A stretch of DNA of 16,019 nucleotides, from contig JBMSSC010000059.1 of assembly GCA_049424145.1 (NCBI GenBank), forward strand, positions 1 through 16,019, in the 5' to 3' direction. Positions 16,016 to 16,019 of the stretch are shown here, one piece after another; position 1 is the first letter of the stretch, and every line of letters begins with the position of its first letter. Position numbers and translations under genes: made by a program. A model generated the notes under the pieces. The model was not told the DNA's origin. It searched no databases and saw only the letters and a program-made list of their open reading frames with translations. The DNA comes from Bdellovibrionia bacterium. Its GTDB lineage: Bacteria; Bdellovibrionota; UBA1018.

Positions 16016-16018
16016 TAG
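14918..16018 (+). CDS. IS630-family DDE transposase
   Basis: N-terminal HTH (EVADILDITPRTV), PRPGAPPKF, PPEGFDRWTLDLL, LKPW; catalytic residues in CIDEKP, IMDNFSSH and TPKHASWLNQGEI. Confidence 0.95.
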   Translation: MFQLSIADQTAVALIIKKGKSAREICRAHVLNLRNKGYIISEVADILDITPRTVINITTFYTEGGLDRAINDDPRPGAPPKFDDRFKAKVVAIVCSDPPEGFDRWTLDLLKERIQNSGLGKISRESIRLILQEHDLKPWQEQMWYVPNIDAEYVQRMEDVLDVYERPHNPKRPVICIDEKPIQLLSDCRAEIPMDSGSPKKVDYEYKRNGTANVFCGVEPLAGVYFNTVTETKSGVEFGRFSRKIAERYPDVEKIDLIMDNFSSHTVKSLEIAFGQDKGKEIWNRFEVHYTPKHASWLNQGEIAIGMYARQCLGGGRIGDLETLIKKTNAWNRMANRKRVKIQWNFTKEDAREAFEYGEGINLLNH

Positions 16019-16019
16019 T

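Overview
Bacterial genomic window with a roughly 50% GC backbone (1-10346; a Bdellovibrionota-like origin is only a guess from gene content). The backbone encodes an alkaline-phosphatase-superfamily enzyme, an apparently catalytically dead histidine-kinase-like receptor, a lipoprotein-type TolC-like protein, YebC, a membrane hexapeptide-repeat acyltransferase, a TrmN6-like methyltransferase and a signal-peptide-bearing protein with eukaryote-like RING/RBR-type Cys motifs. A patch of IS debris follows (10343-11103), then a sharply AT-rich island (about 11104-14560). The island holds the best candidate for an undescribed system, a compact putative RiPP operon: a 41-aa precursor-like ORF missing from the ORF track (11185-11310), a perfect 15-bp stem-loop, two tandem paralogous HExxH...H (alphaKG-HExxH-like) proteins and a small ABC exporter, with no radical SAM enzyme or recognisable dedicated peptidase. 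A degenerate group II intron 3' end and a complete IS630 element close the window. All family calls come from motif reading by eye; no database searches were run.
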